This document shows positions 30,107 to 40,698 of a DNA stretch of 64,000 nt, piece by piece. A program made the position numbers and the translations under genes. The stretch is from Promethearchaeota archaeon (GTDB lineage Archaea > Asgardarchaeota > Lokiarchaeia > Sigyniarchaeales > SOKP01): assembly GCA_019057795.1 (NCBI GenBank), contig JAHLWS010000031.1:1-64000 (forward strand), read 5' to 3'. Numbering within the stretch: position 1 is the first letter of the stretch; the number at the start of each line of letters is the position of its first letter. The notes under the pieces were generated by a model. That model had not been told where the DNA came from. It saw only the letters and a list, made by a program, of their open reading frames with translations, and did no database searches.

Positions 30107-31429
30107 TTATCCTCCTCTAATTACTTCTGCTGCCCTTGCTGCCGCACCGCTCGCCTCAGAAACCGAGCGTGGTATATCCATAGGCTCATGTACGCATCCA
30201 CATGTAAATATACCTCCCTTACTGGTTTCTGTTGAGTCAAAAGGAGGAGTTTTAACAAATCTATACTCGTTTAATTCAATACCTAAGACTTCTGACATTT
30301 TCTCAATTCCTTCTGGTGGGATAATACATGTGGCTAAAACTGCTAAGTCCACTTTTAATTCTATTATCTCTCCATTGTCTAAATCTTCATACGCTATAAT
30401 CGGATTTTCTTTCTTATCGATAGTAATTTGAGCAATTTTACTCTTAATATATTTTATATTATAATCGTTCTCGCCCCTATTAATAAAAGATTGAAAGCCT
30501 TTACCCCCTGCTCTCATATCTATATAAAAGACGTATGACTCCAATTCATTATTATGCTCGTAAGCTATCATAGCTTCTTTAGTTGTATACATACAACAAA
30601 TTGACGAGCAATACTTTCTACTTCTATCGTTTCGTGAACCGATACATTGCAAATAAGCTATTTTTTTTGGTTTTTCTCCGTCAGATAGTCTTTTTATGTG
30701 TCCCTCTTGAGGTCCAGAAGCGCTTAACAATCTTTCGAACTCTAAGGCGGTAACGACATTTCTGTACTTTTGATAACCGTAATTTCTTAAAACCTCATTA
30801 TCAATATCTTCGATCAAACTATACCCTGTAGCAACGATAATAGAACCAACATTATTCAATTTAATATGTTGATCTTGTTGCTCAAAATCAATTGCTTCCC
30901 TCTCACAAACTTTCTCGCAAATTCTACACGCGTTCTTTGTAAACCATAAGCAATTATCCTTATCAATCGTCATTATAGCAGGGACTCCTTGCAAGTAATA
31001 CATATAAATAGCTCTCCTTTTTCTTAGCTGACGATCGAATTCATCTATTACCCTCATTGGGCATTTTTCAGCACAAACACCGCAATTTATGCACTCATCT
31101 TCTTTAACGTAGCGTGCACGCTGTAAAATATCGACCGAAAAATTACCGCTCTCCCCCTCCACTTTCTGAACTTCTGAATACGAATAGAGAGTAATGTTTG
31201 GATGTCTATAACATTCTGATAATTTAGGGGCTAAAATGCAAATCGAACAATCGTTAGTAGGAAATGTTTTATCTAATTGGGCCATTCTGCCCCCAATATT
31301 TGGTTTCTTTTCTACCATATCTACATGTATTCCCATATCTGCTAAATCTAATGCTGCTTGAATTCCTGCGATCCCACCACCAATAACTAAGGCACTCTTT
31401 GAGTTTTTTTCCAAATTTCCTTCACTCAT
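30107..31429 (-). CDS. hdrA: HdrA-like protein (corresponds to the N-terminal half of the 1004-aa HdrA)
   Basis: GGGIAG, DKTFPTNDC, inserted ferredoxin, CIGSR/CSSICC, PMDIP. Confidence 0.9.
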   Translation of the reverse strand: MSEGNLEKNSKSALVIGGGIAGIQAALDLADMGIHVDMVEKKPNIGGRMAQLDKTFPTNDCSICILAPKLSECYRHPNITLYSYSEVQKVEGESGNFSVDILQRARYVKEDECINCGVCAEKCPMRVIDEFDRQLRKRRAIYMYYLQGVPAIMTIDKDNCLWFTKNACRICEKVCEREAIDFEQQDQHIKLNNVGSIIVATGYSLIEDIDNEVLRNYGYQKYRNVVTALEFERLLSASGPQEGHIKRLSDGEKPKKIAYLQCIGSRNDRSRKYCSSICCMYTTKEAMIAYEHNNELESYVFYIDMRAGGKGFQSFINRGENDYNIKYIKSKIAQITIDKKENPIIAYEDLDNGEIIELKVDLAVLATCIIPPEGIEKMSEVLGIELNEYRFVKTPPFDSTETSKGGIFTCGCVHEPMDIPRSVSEASGAAARAAEVIRGG

Positions 31430-31459
31430 TATTAATTTTAATTTTAATTTTAATAAAGT

Positions 31460-32335
31460 TTAAACATTGAACCCTATACTTTCGAACAATTCCTTTGGTT
31501 TAATTCGATGAAAGTTAAATCCTAATTCTTCTGGTTTAAACCCAAACGATAAAGCCATCAACTCAGACAAATAAAAAATAGGTATATTGTATTCAGAATT
31601 ATTTCTCTTGTTAAGTTCTCTCTGATTAAACTCAAATTGTTGATAGCAAGCAGGACATACTACAACAACGCAGTTAGCGCCAGATTCATAAATTGCTTTC
31701 AATTTGTTGTCTATCATTTGAAGAGATAAATCCCTATCCGACTTATCAAGTGGATTTCCACAACACTCCATTTTTAGCTCGTATTCTACGGATTCCGCTC
31801 CTAATGTCTTAACGATTTCATCTAAAGTTACAGGTTCAAATGGGTCGTCCCATTTAATAAACTCTGAAGGTCTTAAATAGTGACAACCGTAATGAATGGC
31901 GACCTTAAAACCTTCCAAAGGTTTTTCTATGTTTTCTTTAACTTTCTCTAGATTTTCATAAAGAACTTGAGCAAAATGTTTTACTTCTGTTTTGCCATCA
32001 TATGTCTTTCCAATCTTTTTTAAATATTTGTTAACTTTTTGCTTAGCGTCTACATCCTTATTTATGAAGTAATTTATGCCTTTTAATGTCTCAACGCATC
32101 CTGAGCAAAAAGATATGACTCCTCCATTTTTATTGCACAAACTTAAATTTCTTGCACCCAAAGCTAACCATGTTTCGTGGTCAATTAGCTCAATCCCAGT
32201 AGGATCAGGACAACAACTAAACCCGTCAACATCTTGTAACTCAATACCGAGTTTTTCAAAAACTTTTCTTGAAGATACCTCTAAATAAGGTAATCTTGCA
32301 GGAATAACGCACCCCAAAAATAAATCGTATGTCAT
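31460..32335 (-). CDS. hdrB: Heterodisulfide reductase subunit B
   Basis: FLGC, SCCP, HYGCH, CCG, CPAC (CCG domains). Confidence 0.93.
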   Translation of the reverse strand: MTYDLFLGCVIPARLPYLEVSSRKVFEKLGIELQDVDGFSCCPDPTGIELIDHETWLALGARNLSLCNKNGGVISFCSGCVETLKGINYFINKDVDAKQKVNKYLKKIGKTYDGKTEVKHFAQVLYENLEKVKENIEKPLEGFKVAIHYGCHYLRPSEFIKWDDPFEPVTLDEIVKTLGAESVEYELKMECCGNPLDKSDRDLSLQMIDNKLKAIYESGANCVVVVCPACYQQFEFNQRELNKRNNSEYNIPIFYLSELMALSFGFKPEELGFNFHRIKPKELFESIGFNV

Positions 32336-32336
32336 T

Positions 32337-32834
32337 TTATTCGCGCTCCCTCAAGATATTTTTTTCAAAATTAGTCTCTCTCATTAGAGTTTTAATCTCT
32401 TCCACTGAGGCGATTTTGATCTCTGGAAGACCTAATTTTTTACGCCTAGCAACGATCGAATTTGAATAAGGAATGGCAACTCCAGTATCAAAAACCGCTT
32501 TACCCTGGGAGTAAAACGCTTCGGGATATTTCTGCTCTTCAAAACACAAGTTTTTTATTAAAGTAAATATCTCCGTTAATTCTACCTTTTGAGGGCATAA
32601 CTCAACGCATTTTTGACAAGTTGAACACAACCAGGGGTTAGGATCTTGACTCTCAACTAATTTATCCTTTAACCCTAATATTGCCTCTTCAATTATTTTT
32701 CTAGGATTATACTTCCCATTTGTAAGTAAAGCTACAGGACACCCCCCAGAACACGTTGAACATTGATAACAATAACTCAACGACGCGTTGTGCTTGAGCA
32801 CTTCGTTTCTAAAATTATAATTTACGACACTCAT
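32337..32834 (-). CDS. hdrC: Heterodisulfide reductase subunit C
   Basis: CYQCSTCSGGCP, WLCSTCQKCVELCP. Confidence 0.93.
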   Translation of the reverse strand: MSVVNYNFRNEVLKHNASLSYCYQCSTCSGGCPVALLTNGKYNPRKIIEEAILGLKDKLVESQDPNPWLCSTCQKCVELCPQKVELTEIFTLIKNLCFEEQKYPEAFYSQGKAVFDTGVAIPYSNSIVARRKKLGLPEIKIASVEEIKTLMRETNFEKNILRERE

Positions 32835-33018
32835 GTCAAAACCTCTTTTTCTAACCTTTTGTGTTTTTTAATGGTTTAACTAATTTAAATTTTACAAAAA
32901 GGAAATATAAGTTCAATTAATTTATTACAATACAACACAATTAGATAAATTATAATGGAAAATTGACATTTCCATTCTAACTTGTTTAGATAATTCTTAA
33001 ATTGGATTTTATTTTTAA

Positions 33019-33297
33019 TTACTCGAGATGCTTTTGAAGATCTATGTAAATTGGTATCTCTTCGCCCTTCTTCTTAATTACAACTCTTAAAAGCCCATCC
33101 TCTATAGATGTTTCGATTGGTATTAACTCTTCTTTGGACGCTTTTGGAGCTGTATCCCCTTCAGGACGTTTCGTTTTAGTCTTTAAACATGTACGTTGCT
33201 CGTTATAGAGAAAACAATGGGAACAACAAAAGCCTTCCGGCATGTATCCCACTATTGAACACTTATCGTAATTGTCGCAATTACAATTGTTACACAT
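33019..33297 (-). CDS. Cys-rich small protein, copy 3
   Basis: MCNNCNCDNYDKCSIVGYMPEGFCCSHC; GAGGT SD-like site upstream. Confidence 0.85.
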   Translation of the reverse strand: MCNNCNCDNYDKCSIVGYMPEGFCCSHCFLYNEQRTCLKTKTKRPEGDTAPKASKEELIPIETSIEDGLLRVVIKKKGEEIPIYIDLQKHLE

Positions 33298-33309
33298 AAG
33301 CGTTTACCT

Positions 33310-33540
33310 CTATTTGCCTATGATAGGGGTTACCTTTTCCTTTCTTGCTTCTACTTGAGTTTCAACTCGAATATGTTGAGAACTTGAGTCAAAAACCTTT
33401 GCTTTCATTCTAATATAATTTTCGCACGAATGTCTATTTTCATATCCTACACAAATTTCGCAACAAAACCCAATAGGTTGGTACCCAACAATCGAACATC
33501 GATCGTAAGCATCTTGACTACAATTACAGCTATTACACAT
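33310..33540 (-). CDS. Cys-rich small protein, copy 2
   Basis: MCNSCNCSQDAYDRCSIVGYQPIGFCCEIC. Confidence 0.85.
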   Translation of the reverse strand: MCNSCNCSQDAYDRCSIVGYQPIGFCCEICVGYENRHSCENYIRMKAKVFDSSSQHIRVETQVEARKEKVTPIIGK

Positions 33541-33560
33541 TTTTAATTCCCTCTCGATTT

Positions 33561-33737
33561 TTAGTGAATAATTGTCTGTGTTGGCAGGTTGTTCCTGCTG
33601 AACTCAACTTCTCTTAGTGTTTTAAAGCATTTTTCCCGGTCTTCGTAAAGAACACACTTAGGACAACAAAAATCTAATGGAAAATATCCAACAATGGAAC
33701 ATTTCTCGTAGTTTTCGCAATCGCAGTTATTACACAT
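33561..33737 (-). CDS. Cys-rich small protein, copy 1 (58 aa, not in the ORF track)
   Basis: Hand translation MCNNCDCENYEKCSIVGYFPLDFCCPKCVLYEDREKCFKTLREVEFSRNNLPTQTIIH*. Confidence 0.85.
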   Translation of the reverse strand: MCNNCDCENYEKCSIVGYFPLDFCCPKCVLYEDREKCFKTLREVEFSRNNLPTQTIIH

Positions 33738-34300
33738 TTTTTATTCACTTTTATTTTTTTTTATTGTGAATTAATTCCCACAATTTTTTTTTACTATGAT
33801 CATAATTAGATAAATTAGTATTTAAGTATGATCATTCTTCATATTTTCGACTAAACCTTTTATCGATAATCTTGATTTTGTTAGTTTAGAGTAATGATTC
33901 TGATCAGAATTCATGCATTCGGTAACAAACTAAATTTGATTGATCCAAATCACTGATTAATATAGAATATTATTATTCAAAGTTTCAAAATGTAAAAAAA
34001 GTTCAAAAAAGGCCAAATATATGAAACTTTTCGAAAAATAATCGCTACAAAATGGTAAAAATCATGAATTCCCTTGGACACGAATGTAACCAATAAACCT
34101 ACTAATGTTGAATATAACGAGTAGAAGGCGTGAATTGATAGTTTTTAAAAATTATAATAATTTGAACCTAAAAAAATAACATGTTCGAGTTTCGGAAAAA
34201 TTTAAGTTTTTAAAAGAAAAATTAAAACTATTATAAAAAATTTATATATTTTATAAATATTTAAGAAAAAAACGAAACTATAACATGTAGGTAAATAGAA

Positions 34301-35107
34301 ATGGGTGTAGAAATTTACTATTTTTCAGGAACAGGAAATACTCTTCATGTAGCAAGAGAATTAAAGAGAAGAATTCCAGAAACTACCCTTATATCGATTA
34401 TTGGGGCATTAAAAAAAGAGAAAATAGAATCTGAAGCTGAAATTATAGGTGTGATTTTTCCAATTCATGCTCATACATTTCCTTTGGTAGTTAAGGAATT
34501 TCTTAAAAAAGTTGATCTGCAATCAGCTTCTTACATTTTTGCACTTTCAACCCGTCTTTGTGTAGATAAAGTATTTTCAGCTATTAATAAAATTTTGAAG
34601 AAAAAAGATAGAATAATAGACGCTTCTTTCGCTGTTAACACACCTGTTAATTATGTACCATTTTTTGCTATTCTTTCTGAAAAAGAAGTAATGAGATTAG
34701 AGGAAAAACTACAAACGAGATTGGATGAAATTCAAGCGATAATTTCTAACAAACAAACCAGTTATGAAAGGACAGGTTTACTAGGATTTTTATTGGCAAA
34801 TACTCTACTCCGGTTTAGTACTTTTATGTTTCAAAAAACAGGCTATTTTGGTTTGCAAAAGGCTTTTTATGCTGATGACAAATGCATTGGATGTGGTACC
34901 TGTGAGAAAATCTGTTTATCTAATAAAATAGAATTAGTAGACAACAAACCTATTTGGAAAGAGAATATTGATTGTACTTATTGTTTTGCTTGCATAAGTT
35001 ATTGTCCTTCAATAGCAATTCAAGTTAAAGGAAAAAGAACTACTAAAAAAGGAAGGTATCATCATCCCTTAATCAAAGCGGAAGATATTGCTGAACAAAA
35101 GTTATAA
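34301..35107 (+). CDS. EFR1-family flavodoxin/ferredoxin fusion
   Basis: YFSGTGNT, CIGCGTCEKIC, CTYCFACISYCP, RYHHP. Confidence 0.9.
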   Translation: MGVEIYYFSGTGNTLHVARELKRRIPETTLISIIGALKKEKIESEAEIIGVIFPIHAHTFPLVVKEFLKKVDLQSASYIFALSTRLCVDKVFSAINKILKKKDRIIDASFAVNTPVNYVPFFAILSEKEVMRLEEKLQTRLDEIQAIISNKQTSYERTGLLGFLLANTLLRFSTFMFQKTGYFGLQKAFYADDKCIGCGTCEKICLSNKIELVDNKPIWKENIDCTYCFACISYCPSIAIQVKGKRTTKKGRYHHPLIKAEDIAEQKL

Positions 35108-35525
35108 TTTTTCTGTTTTTTTTATTCAAACTAAAAAAAATAATGCTAACTTAAAAATCGCTTTTTCCTCGCCTTTCTGAGATGTAACTTCTACCCTTTT
35201 GAACTCGTTTATGCGCGTGATGTCTATTTTAGGTATAATAAGCGATCTATAAGAGATTGTTAGAACATTTATTTTTGATAATACAAATATATTTGAAAAA
35301 AAATCTACATGATTAATTATGATAGAATCAGAAATGAAAGATGGCGTACCTATGTGTACACTTGAAATGTATGAAAAAGATTTTGCAGATAGATACTTAG
35401 TACACGGAATTATTGAAAAATGGGCAAAGCAAGAAATAACCCAACATAACTTACTCGTAAGTTGGTAGGTGGCGTTACTCATTCCAATAAAAAATCCAAA
35501 AAAAATCTAAGTTAAACTTAGATAT

Positions 35526-36971
35526 TTATAGACCTAATTCTTTAGCGATTCTTTCGCCCCAGAATTTATCAGCTTTAGTAAAATGCCCGACCATGCGCTC
35601 TTGAATGTATTTAGGGACAGTTGTTAGACTATTTACAAGGTTTTGAATGAGTCGTTCCCTCTCATCATCTGGTAGTAATCTATAGAGATTACCTGGTTGA
35701 ATGAAATCTGCATCAACTCTAGGTTGATTATATCTATCGGCATCACCAGAAATTTTTAAAGGTGGTTCCTTAAAAGCAGGATTTTCTTTTGGACCACCAA
35801 AACTGTTTGGTTCATAAACCACAGCGTTTCCGGCATTTCCATCAAATCGCATAAAACCATCACGATGGTATGTGTTCACTTCTACCGCTTTTGGTCGATT
35901 AACGGGTAGCAATTGATAATTAACGCCAAGTCGATATCGATGAGCATCGGCATATGAAAAAAGCCTACCTTGGAGCATTTTATCAGGTGAAAAAGAAATT
36001 CCTGGTACTCTATTAGACGGATCAAAAGCAGCTTGTTCCACTTCTGCAAAATAATTAGAAGGATTCCGATTTAGCTCCATTATTCCCACTTTGATTAAGG
36101 GATAATCACCATGAGGCCATACTTTAGTTAAATCAAAGGGATTCCATTCAAAAGTTTCAGCTTCAATTTCTGGCATGATTTGTATGGATAATTCCCACTT
36201 TGGATAATCTCCCCTTTCAATTCTCTCAAAAAGATCACGAGTTCCCCAATCTGGATCAGTACCAGCAAGCTTATCTGCTTCTTCTTGTGTAAAGTTTTTA
36301 ATACCTTGCAGGGTTTTGAAGTGAAATTTGACCCAGAAACGTTCATCATTTGCGTTAATAAAACTATACGTGTGGCTCCCGTAACCATTCATGTGTGGAA
36401 AACCTCTGGGAATGCCGCGATCAGAGAAGAGTATAGTCACTTGGTGTAATGATTCAGGTACTAGGGACCAAAAATCCCACCACATTGTTTGAGACCGAAG
36501 GTTCGTTTGAGGCAGACGCTTTTGAGTGTGAATAAAATCGCTGAATTTCAGCGGGTCTCTTATAAAAAAGACGGGTGTATTATTACCGACTAAATCCCAA
36601 TTACCTTCTTCTGTATAAAACTTGATTGCAAAGCCTCTAACATCTCTCACCGTATCAGCTGAACCTCTTTCCCCTGCGACTGTTGAGAACCGAATAAAGA
36701 GCTCGGTCTTTTTTCCAACCTCAGAGAATATTTTTGCCTTCGTATATTTTGTAATATCATCTGTCACATTAAATGTACCGTATGCTCCAGCACCTTTAGC
36801 ATGTACAACTCGTTCAGGTATTCTTTCTCTTGCAAAAGTGGCTAATTTTTCGAGTAAGTGAACATCTTGCATTAGTACGGGACCTCTCTCTCCTGCAGTT
36901 ATTGAATTTTGATTGTCTACAACAGGCGCGCCCCCTGCCATGGTTAATGTTTTTTCCTTTTTATTTTTCAT
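35526..36971 (-). CDS. katA: Monofunctional small-subunit heme catalase
   Basis: [36 protein letters not shown]. Confidence 0.96.
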   Translation of the reverse strand: MKNKKEKTLTMAGGAPVVDNQNSITAGERGPVLMQDVHLLEKLATFARERIPERVVHAKGAGAYGTFNVTDDITKYTKAKIFSEVGKKTELFIRFSTVAGERGSADTVRDVRGFAIKFYTEEGNWDLVGNNTPVFFIRDPLKFSDFIHTQKRLPQTNLRSQTMWWDFWSLVPESLHQVTILFSDRGIPRGFPHMNGYGSHTYSFINANDERFWVKFHFKTLQGIKNFTQEEADKLAGTDPDWGTRDLFERIERGDYPKWELSIQIMPEIEAETFEWNPFDLTKVWPHGDYPLIKVGIMELNRNPSNYFAEVEQAAFDPSNRVPGISFSPDKMLQGRLFSYADAHRYRLGVNYQLLPVNRPKAVEVNTYHRDGFMRFDGNAGNAVVYEPNSFGGPKENPAFKEPPLKISGDADRYNQPRVDADFIQPGNLYRLLPDDERERLIQNLVNSLTTVPKYIQERMVGHFTKADKFWGERIAKELGL

Positions 36972-37320
36972 AATAATTCCTCATTTTATTTGTTTTCAAT
37001 TTTTTAAACAATGTTAGTAATTCTAATCAAAATATAAGAAAAATTCTTATATAATTTTTTACTTTTATGTCTTCTCTCATTCTTTCCTACTGTCCTATTT
37101 TGATATCTATTTCGATGTGATTTTGCCTTTTTTATAGAATAATTTAATGAAGTGATGATGAAGTAGGAACATTTAATTAACTTTTATGAGATATTGTTAG
37201 ATACGGTTTCAGAAAAAATTTCGAAAAACGATAAAAATTAATAACAATTTTTCCCAATTGATCATAAGAACATTATAATTTTGTAAAGATATTAATAATA
37301 ATACAAGTGAGTTAATTGAA

Positions 37321-37740
37321 ATGGATGTTATAGACATTAAGATTTTAGAAGAATTAAAAATGGATAGTAGAATGTCGTTTAATGAAATCAGTAAGCGCAT
37401 TATGAAAACAGAAGCAACAGTTAGAAGAAGAGTGAAAAAATTGAGAGAAGATGGAATTATCAAGCGGTTTACAATAGATTATGAGATTGACACAAAACCT
37501 AAAACTTCCGCAACCATAAAAGTAGAGCCTGATTTCAAAGATATTAAGCGAATTTTGAGCGAATTAAAGGAAATTGAAGAAATAACGGCTATTTGGAGGT
37601 TATCTGGAGATTGTGGGCTTCTTATGAAAGTAGATATCGCATCTATCGAGCAGTTTAATCCGCTTATAGAGGATAAAATCTCTCAGGTTTCAGGAATAAA
37701 AATAGTAGAAACTTGTTTTATAACTGATATTATCAAATAA
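37321..37740 (+). CDS. Lrp/AsnC transcriptional regulator
   Basis: MDVIDIKILEEL..DSRMSF...TVRRRVKKLREDGIIKRF. Confidence 0.9.
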   Translation: MDVIDIKILEELKMDSRMSFNEISKRIMKTEATVRRRVKKLREDGIIKRFTIDYEIDTKPKTSATIKVEPDFKDIKRILSELKEIEEITAIWRLSGDCGLLMKVDIASIEQFNPLIEDKISQVSGIKIVETCFITDIIK

Positions 37741-37958
37741 CAAAAAATTTTTTTTACTAATCTTTTTTTAATCTAAACGAAAAAATTAACTTAGTTTTTA
37801 CATGAAAAATGGGGAAAAAGGCATTAAAATTCTAAAACCTTAAGCCTAACAAATTAAAAATTTTCCACAGTCACGTTTTTTTAATTATTTTGGGACGATA
37901 TAACGGACATAAGGAAATAAAATTTTCATTTAAAAATAATTAAAAGGTGATAAATATA

Positions 37959-38132
37959 ATGACTAGCGAAGTAAATTTTAGCCCAGAAATTTGCATTTTA
38001 TCGTGCCCATTTTCACACGCGTGTAGCCTTCCCAAAGTTGAAAGTTTATGCAATTTTCCAGATTATAAACTTTGCCCTGATTACGATTCCAAACTAAAAA
38101 GATTAAAATCCTCAACCAAAATCTTGCACTAA
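37959..38132 (+). CDS. Small Cys-containing hypothetical protein
   Basis: GGTGA SD-like site then ATG; five Cys. Confidence 0.55.
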   Translation: MTSEVNFSPEICILSCPFSHACSLPKVESLCNFPDYKLCPDYDSKLKRLKSSTKILH

Positions 38133-38286
38133 TTAAAATCTAAACCCCTGAAACTGAGAATTTTATAATATTTTTTAAAAATCAGGTCAATTCAAGTCTT
38201 AGTTTAAGCATTCATAGTTTAGATTGGACTTTTGAAACTAACGAAATGCAAATACTAAGTAGCTAAAACCTAAGAAAAGAAAAAGA

Positions 38287-38577
38287 TTATACCTCTTTTT
38301 CCATCAATATCTCGTTTAAAACGATATCGAGCTCAATATCGGAGTCTCTTATCTTTTTAACGACTTTCCTTAAACCATAATCGTTTAACATTAGTTCAAT
38401 AATGTTTTTATATAACCCGACTATGTTTTCCTTGCCCGCTTCGTAATAAATTTGATCATCTTTATCAGCAAGGCCAATGTTTAGGATATCGTACAATCCC
38501 TTAATGGACTCCTTAATATCGTGGAAATTCTTCTCGGCTTTTTCTACACTACCATTCGTAAAATTTGTTTGAGGCAT
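38287..38577 (-). CDS. Hypothetical helical protein
   Basis: About 96-aa ORF, SD-like GTGA upstream of ATG. Confidence 0.6.
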   Translation of the reverse strand: MPQTNFTNGSVEKAEKNFHDIKESIKGLYDILNIGLADKDDQIYYEAGKENIVGLYKNIIELMLNDYGLRKVVKKIRDSDIELDIVLNEILMEKEV

Positions 38578-39071
38578 TTTTTTAATCACTATGTTTCAAT
38601 AATAATTCTGAATATATAAATGATTACTATTTTCGACTATTTCGTGTCAATTCACGATCAGCAAATGTAAACAAATCTAATGGTGTTGACGAATATCATA
38701 AGTGAAAATATTAAAATAATAAAAAGAAAAATATCGAGATTGGAAATAAAAAAAGCTTTAGGTATTATGATAATCAAAAATATATTAAGTCGATCGAGGA
38801 ATCTCGTCTTTTTTAACTCTTTTGATCAATAAAAAAAAGAAAAATGAAGAAAAAGTAAATTTTTAGAGCATCATTTTTTAAAAAACAATAAACTAAAAAA
38901 GCTAATACTTAACATAGTTCTCTTTTTTAGAACACAAAATATAAGAAAAAAAACTTTTCTGAGATTTTTCTTCCAATTTTATATTAGAAGTGATCCAAAG
39001 GCTGGTAACACAACCTGTTGTTTTTTTATCGAGTGATTTCAATAATTAATAAAAATGTTAAAAAAGAAAAC

Positions 39072-40259
39072 TTACACGTATTCGATTGTTGCCGGGGGTT
39101 TGGGAGTGATGTCAAAATAGATGTTTTTTGTATCGGGGATTTCAAGCAATTTGTATTTTATTTCTTCAATTAATTCGATTGGTAAATTTGTAACGCTTGC
39201 CGTCCTTGCGTCGATGCTATTGATAGATCGGATGATGACGTCGTAAATTCCTTCGTGGCTTTCATAAAGCTCGTAAAGTATCCTGGCATATCCTTTTATT
39301 TGGGAAGAAAAATGTACTAATTTTTTAAAATCCCATTCGCCTTTAATCGATAAAGGGACTTCGTAAGTTCTTTGGTCGTTAATAATTCCGGTTACTTTTC
39401 TTAATAGTACATCCGTGGTTGTCGCTGCAAACGCTTGAAATGGTTCTTGCTCTCCCTTATCGTTAATTATCATAGGTTTGCCAAATTTTTCAGTATAATA
39501 ATCGTCAACTGTTGATTCAACAATATCGTGGACTTTTTTTTCAAATTTCAAATTTACTGAAGTGACTGGACCAATAATACGAGCCGAGAGCGCTGGACCT
39601 GGAAAAGCTTTTCGATAAACTAATTCGTTAGGCATTTTAAAATACTCGAGAACTTTTCTTACTTCCGGTTTCGTAAGACTTGCTACAGGTTGTACAGTTG
39701 CCTCTACGTCGTATTCAATATCCAAATTGTGTTGACTTTTGACGAATCCTCGAATATTTTTGTTTTTTAAAGAAATTTCCTCCTTTAAAGACATGGTTTC
39801 TTTTAGATCTGAGATTTTAACGCCAAAGCTTTCTTCAATATCTGGTAAAATGGTACCATCAGATAGTAGGTCGCATTTTTCTTCTTTAATAACTTTGCTA
39901 ATTGTATCTGAGTAAGCGTCTTTGAATAATTTTCTTTTTGCTTCGGCATCCTCTTCTCCAAAAATTTTAGGAAGAAATTTCTCCCTGATATCTACCACCA
40001 TAACTTCTGGAAATAGCTTTTTAATATTTTCTCTTTCTTCGACCCCCCTAATTATTCGCATAAGGCCATGATCGATAAAAACCGGAATTGTATTGATGTT
40101 TGCTTCTTTAAGCAGAAGATAAGTCGCAGAACTGTCGATCCCTCCAGAAAGGGCGCAAAAAACTTTTTTATCCTTCGCGTGCTTCTGTAAAAATGTTATT
40201 GCAGCCTTAACAAACTTTTCGGGTTCGCGGGGTGGATTTATTAATCGATGATTTAGCAT
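39072..40259 (-). CDS. guaAB: GMP synthase ATPPase subunit B
   Basis: ALSGGIDS, DHGLMR, KSQHN, FPGPALSARI, DITPKPPATIEYV. Confidence 0.9.
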   Translation of the reverse strand: MLNHRLINPPREPEKFVKAAITFLQKHAKDKKVFCALSGGIDSSATYLLLKEANINTIPVFIDHGLMRIIRGVEERENIKKLFPEVMVVDIREKFLPKIFGEEDAEAKRKLFKDAYSDTISKVIKEEKCDLLSDGTILPDIEESFGVKISDLKETMSLKEEISLKNKNIRGFVKSQHNLDIEYDVEATVQPVASLTKPEVRKVLEYFKMPNELVYRKAFPGPALSARIIGPVTSVNLKFEKKVHDIVESTVDDYYTEKFGKPMIINDKGEQEPFQAFAATTTDVLLRKVTGIINDQRTYEVPLSIKGEWDFKKLVHFSSQIKGYARILYELYESHEGIYDVIIRSINSIDARTASVTNLPIELIEEIKYKLLEIPDTKNIYFDITPKPPATIEYV

Positions 40260-40397
40260 AAAATAAATAAAGTTAATTCATAAAAAAAGTGTATTTATTA
40301 ATTGGTTATGATTTGCCTAATTTTTTATAGAAGTTATTTGATGTAATATTTGATTCATTTACATTCAATTTCTAAAGAAAATTAAAGGTATAGCGAT

Positions 40398-40670
40398 ATG
40401 GCTGATACAATTTCCCCCGAATTAAGAGAAAAAATTGATTTAGTTGTCGAAAAAGCAATAGTAAGGCTAATCGAAAAAGCTTCAAAAGATCAATCGTTAG
40501 AGGAGTTAATAAAAACTCTAATAGTTGAAAAAGTAATGAGTAAACTTAAATCTTTAATGAATAGGTACATAGCGAAAAAAATAGCTAGAAAAGCAGTTGA
40601 AAGAATAGTCGATAGAATGTGGGATAGACACAGAGATAAATTAATGGCAAAGATTAGAGCGTTAAAATAA
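40398..40670 (+). CDS. Small helical hypothetical protein
   Basis: 90-aa ORF with amphipathic pattern. Confidence 0.65.
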   Translation: MADTISPELREKIDLVVEKAIVRLIEKASKDQSLEELIKTLIVEKVMSKLKSLMNRYIAKKIARKAVERIVDRMWDRHRDKLMAKIRALK

Positions 40671-40698
40671 TTTTCAATTAACTTCCTTTTTCAAAGAC

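Noticed and set aside
20057-32834. Selenocysteine recoding in HdrA/MvhD, which is known for some Lokiarchaeia paralogs
   Set aside because: All ORFs are full length with Cys at the motif positions; no in-frame TGA is needed and I saw no convincing SECIS.
35126-35482. 118-aa minus-strand ORF and a 49-aa plus-strand ORF (35319-35468)
   Set aside because: No recognisable motifs; cannot tell which, if either, is real.
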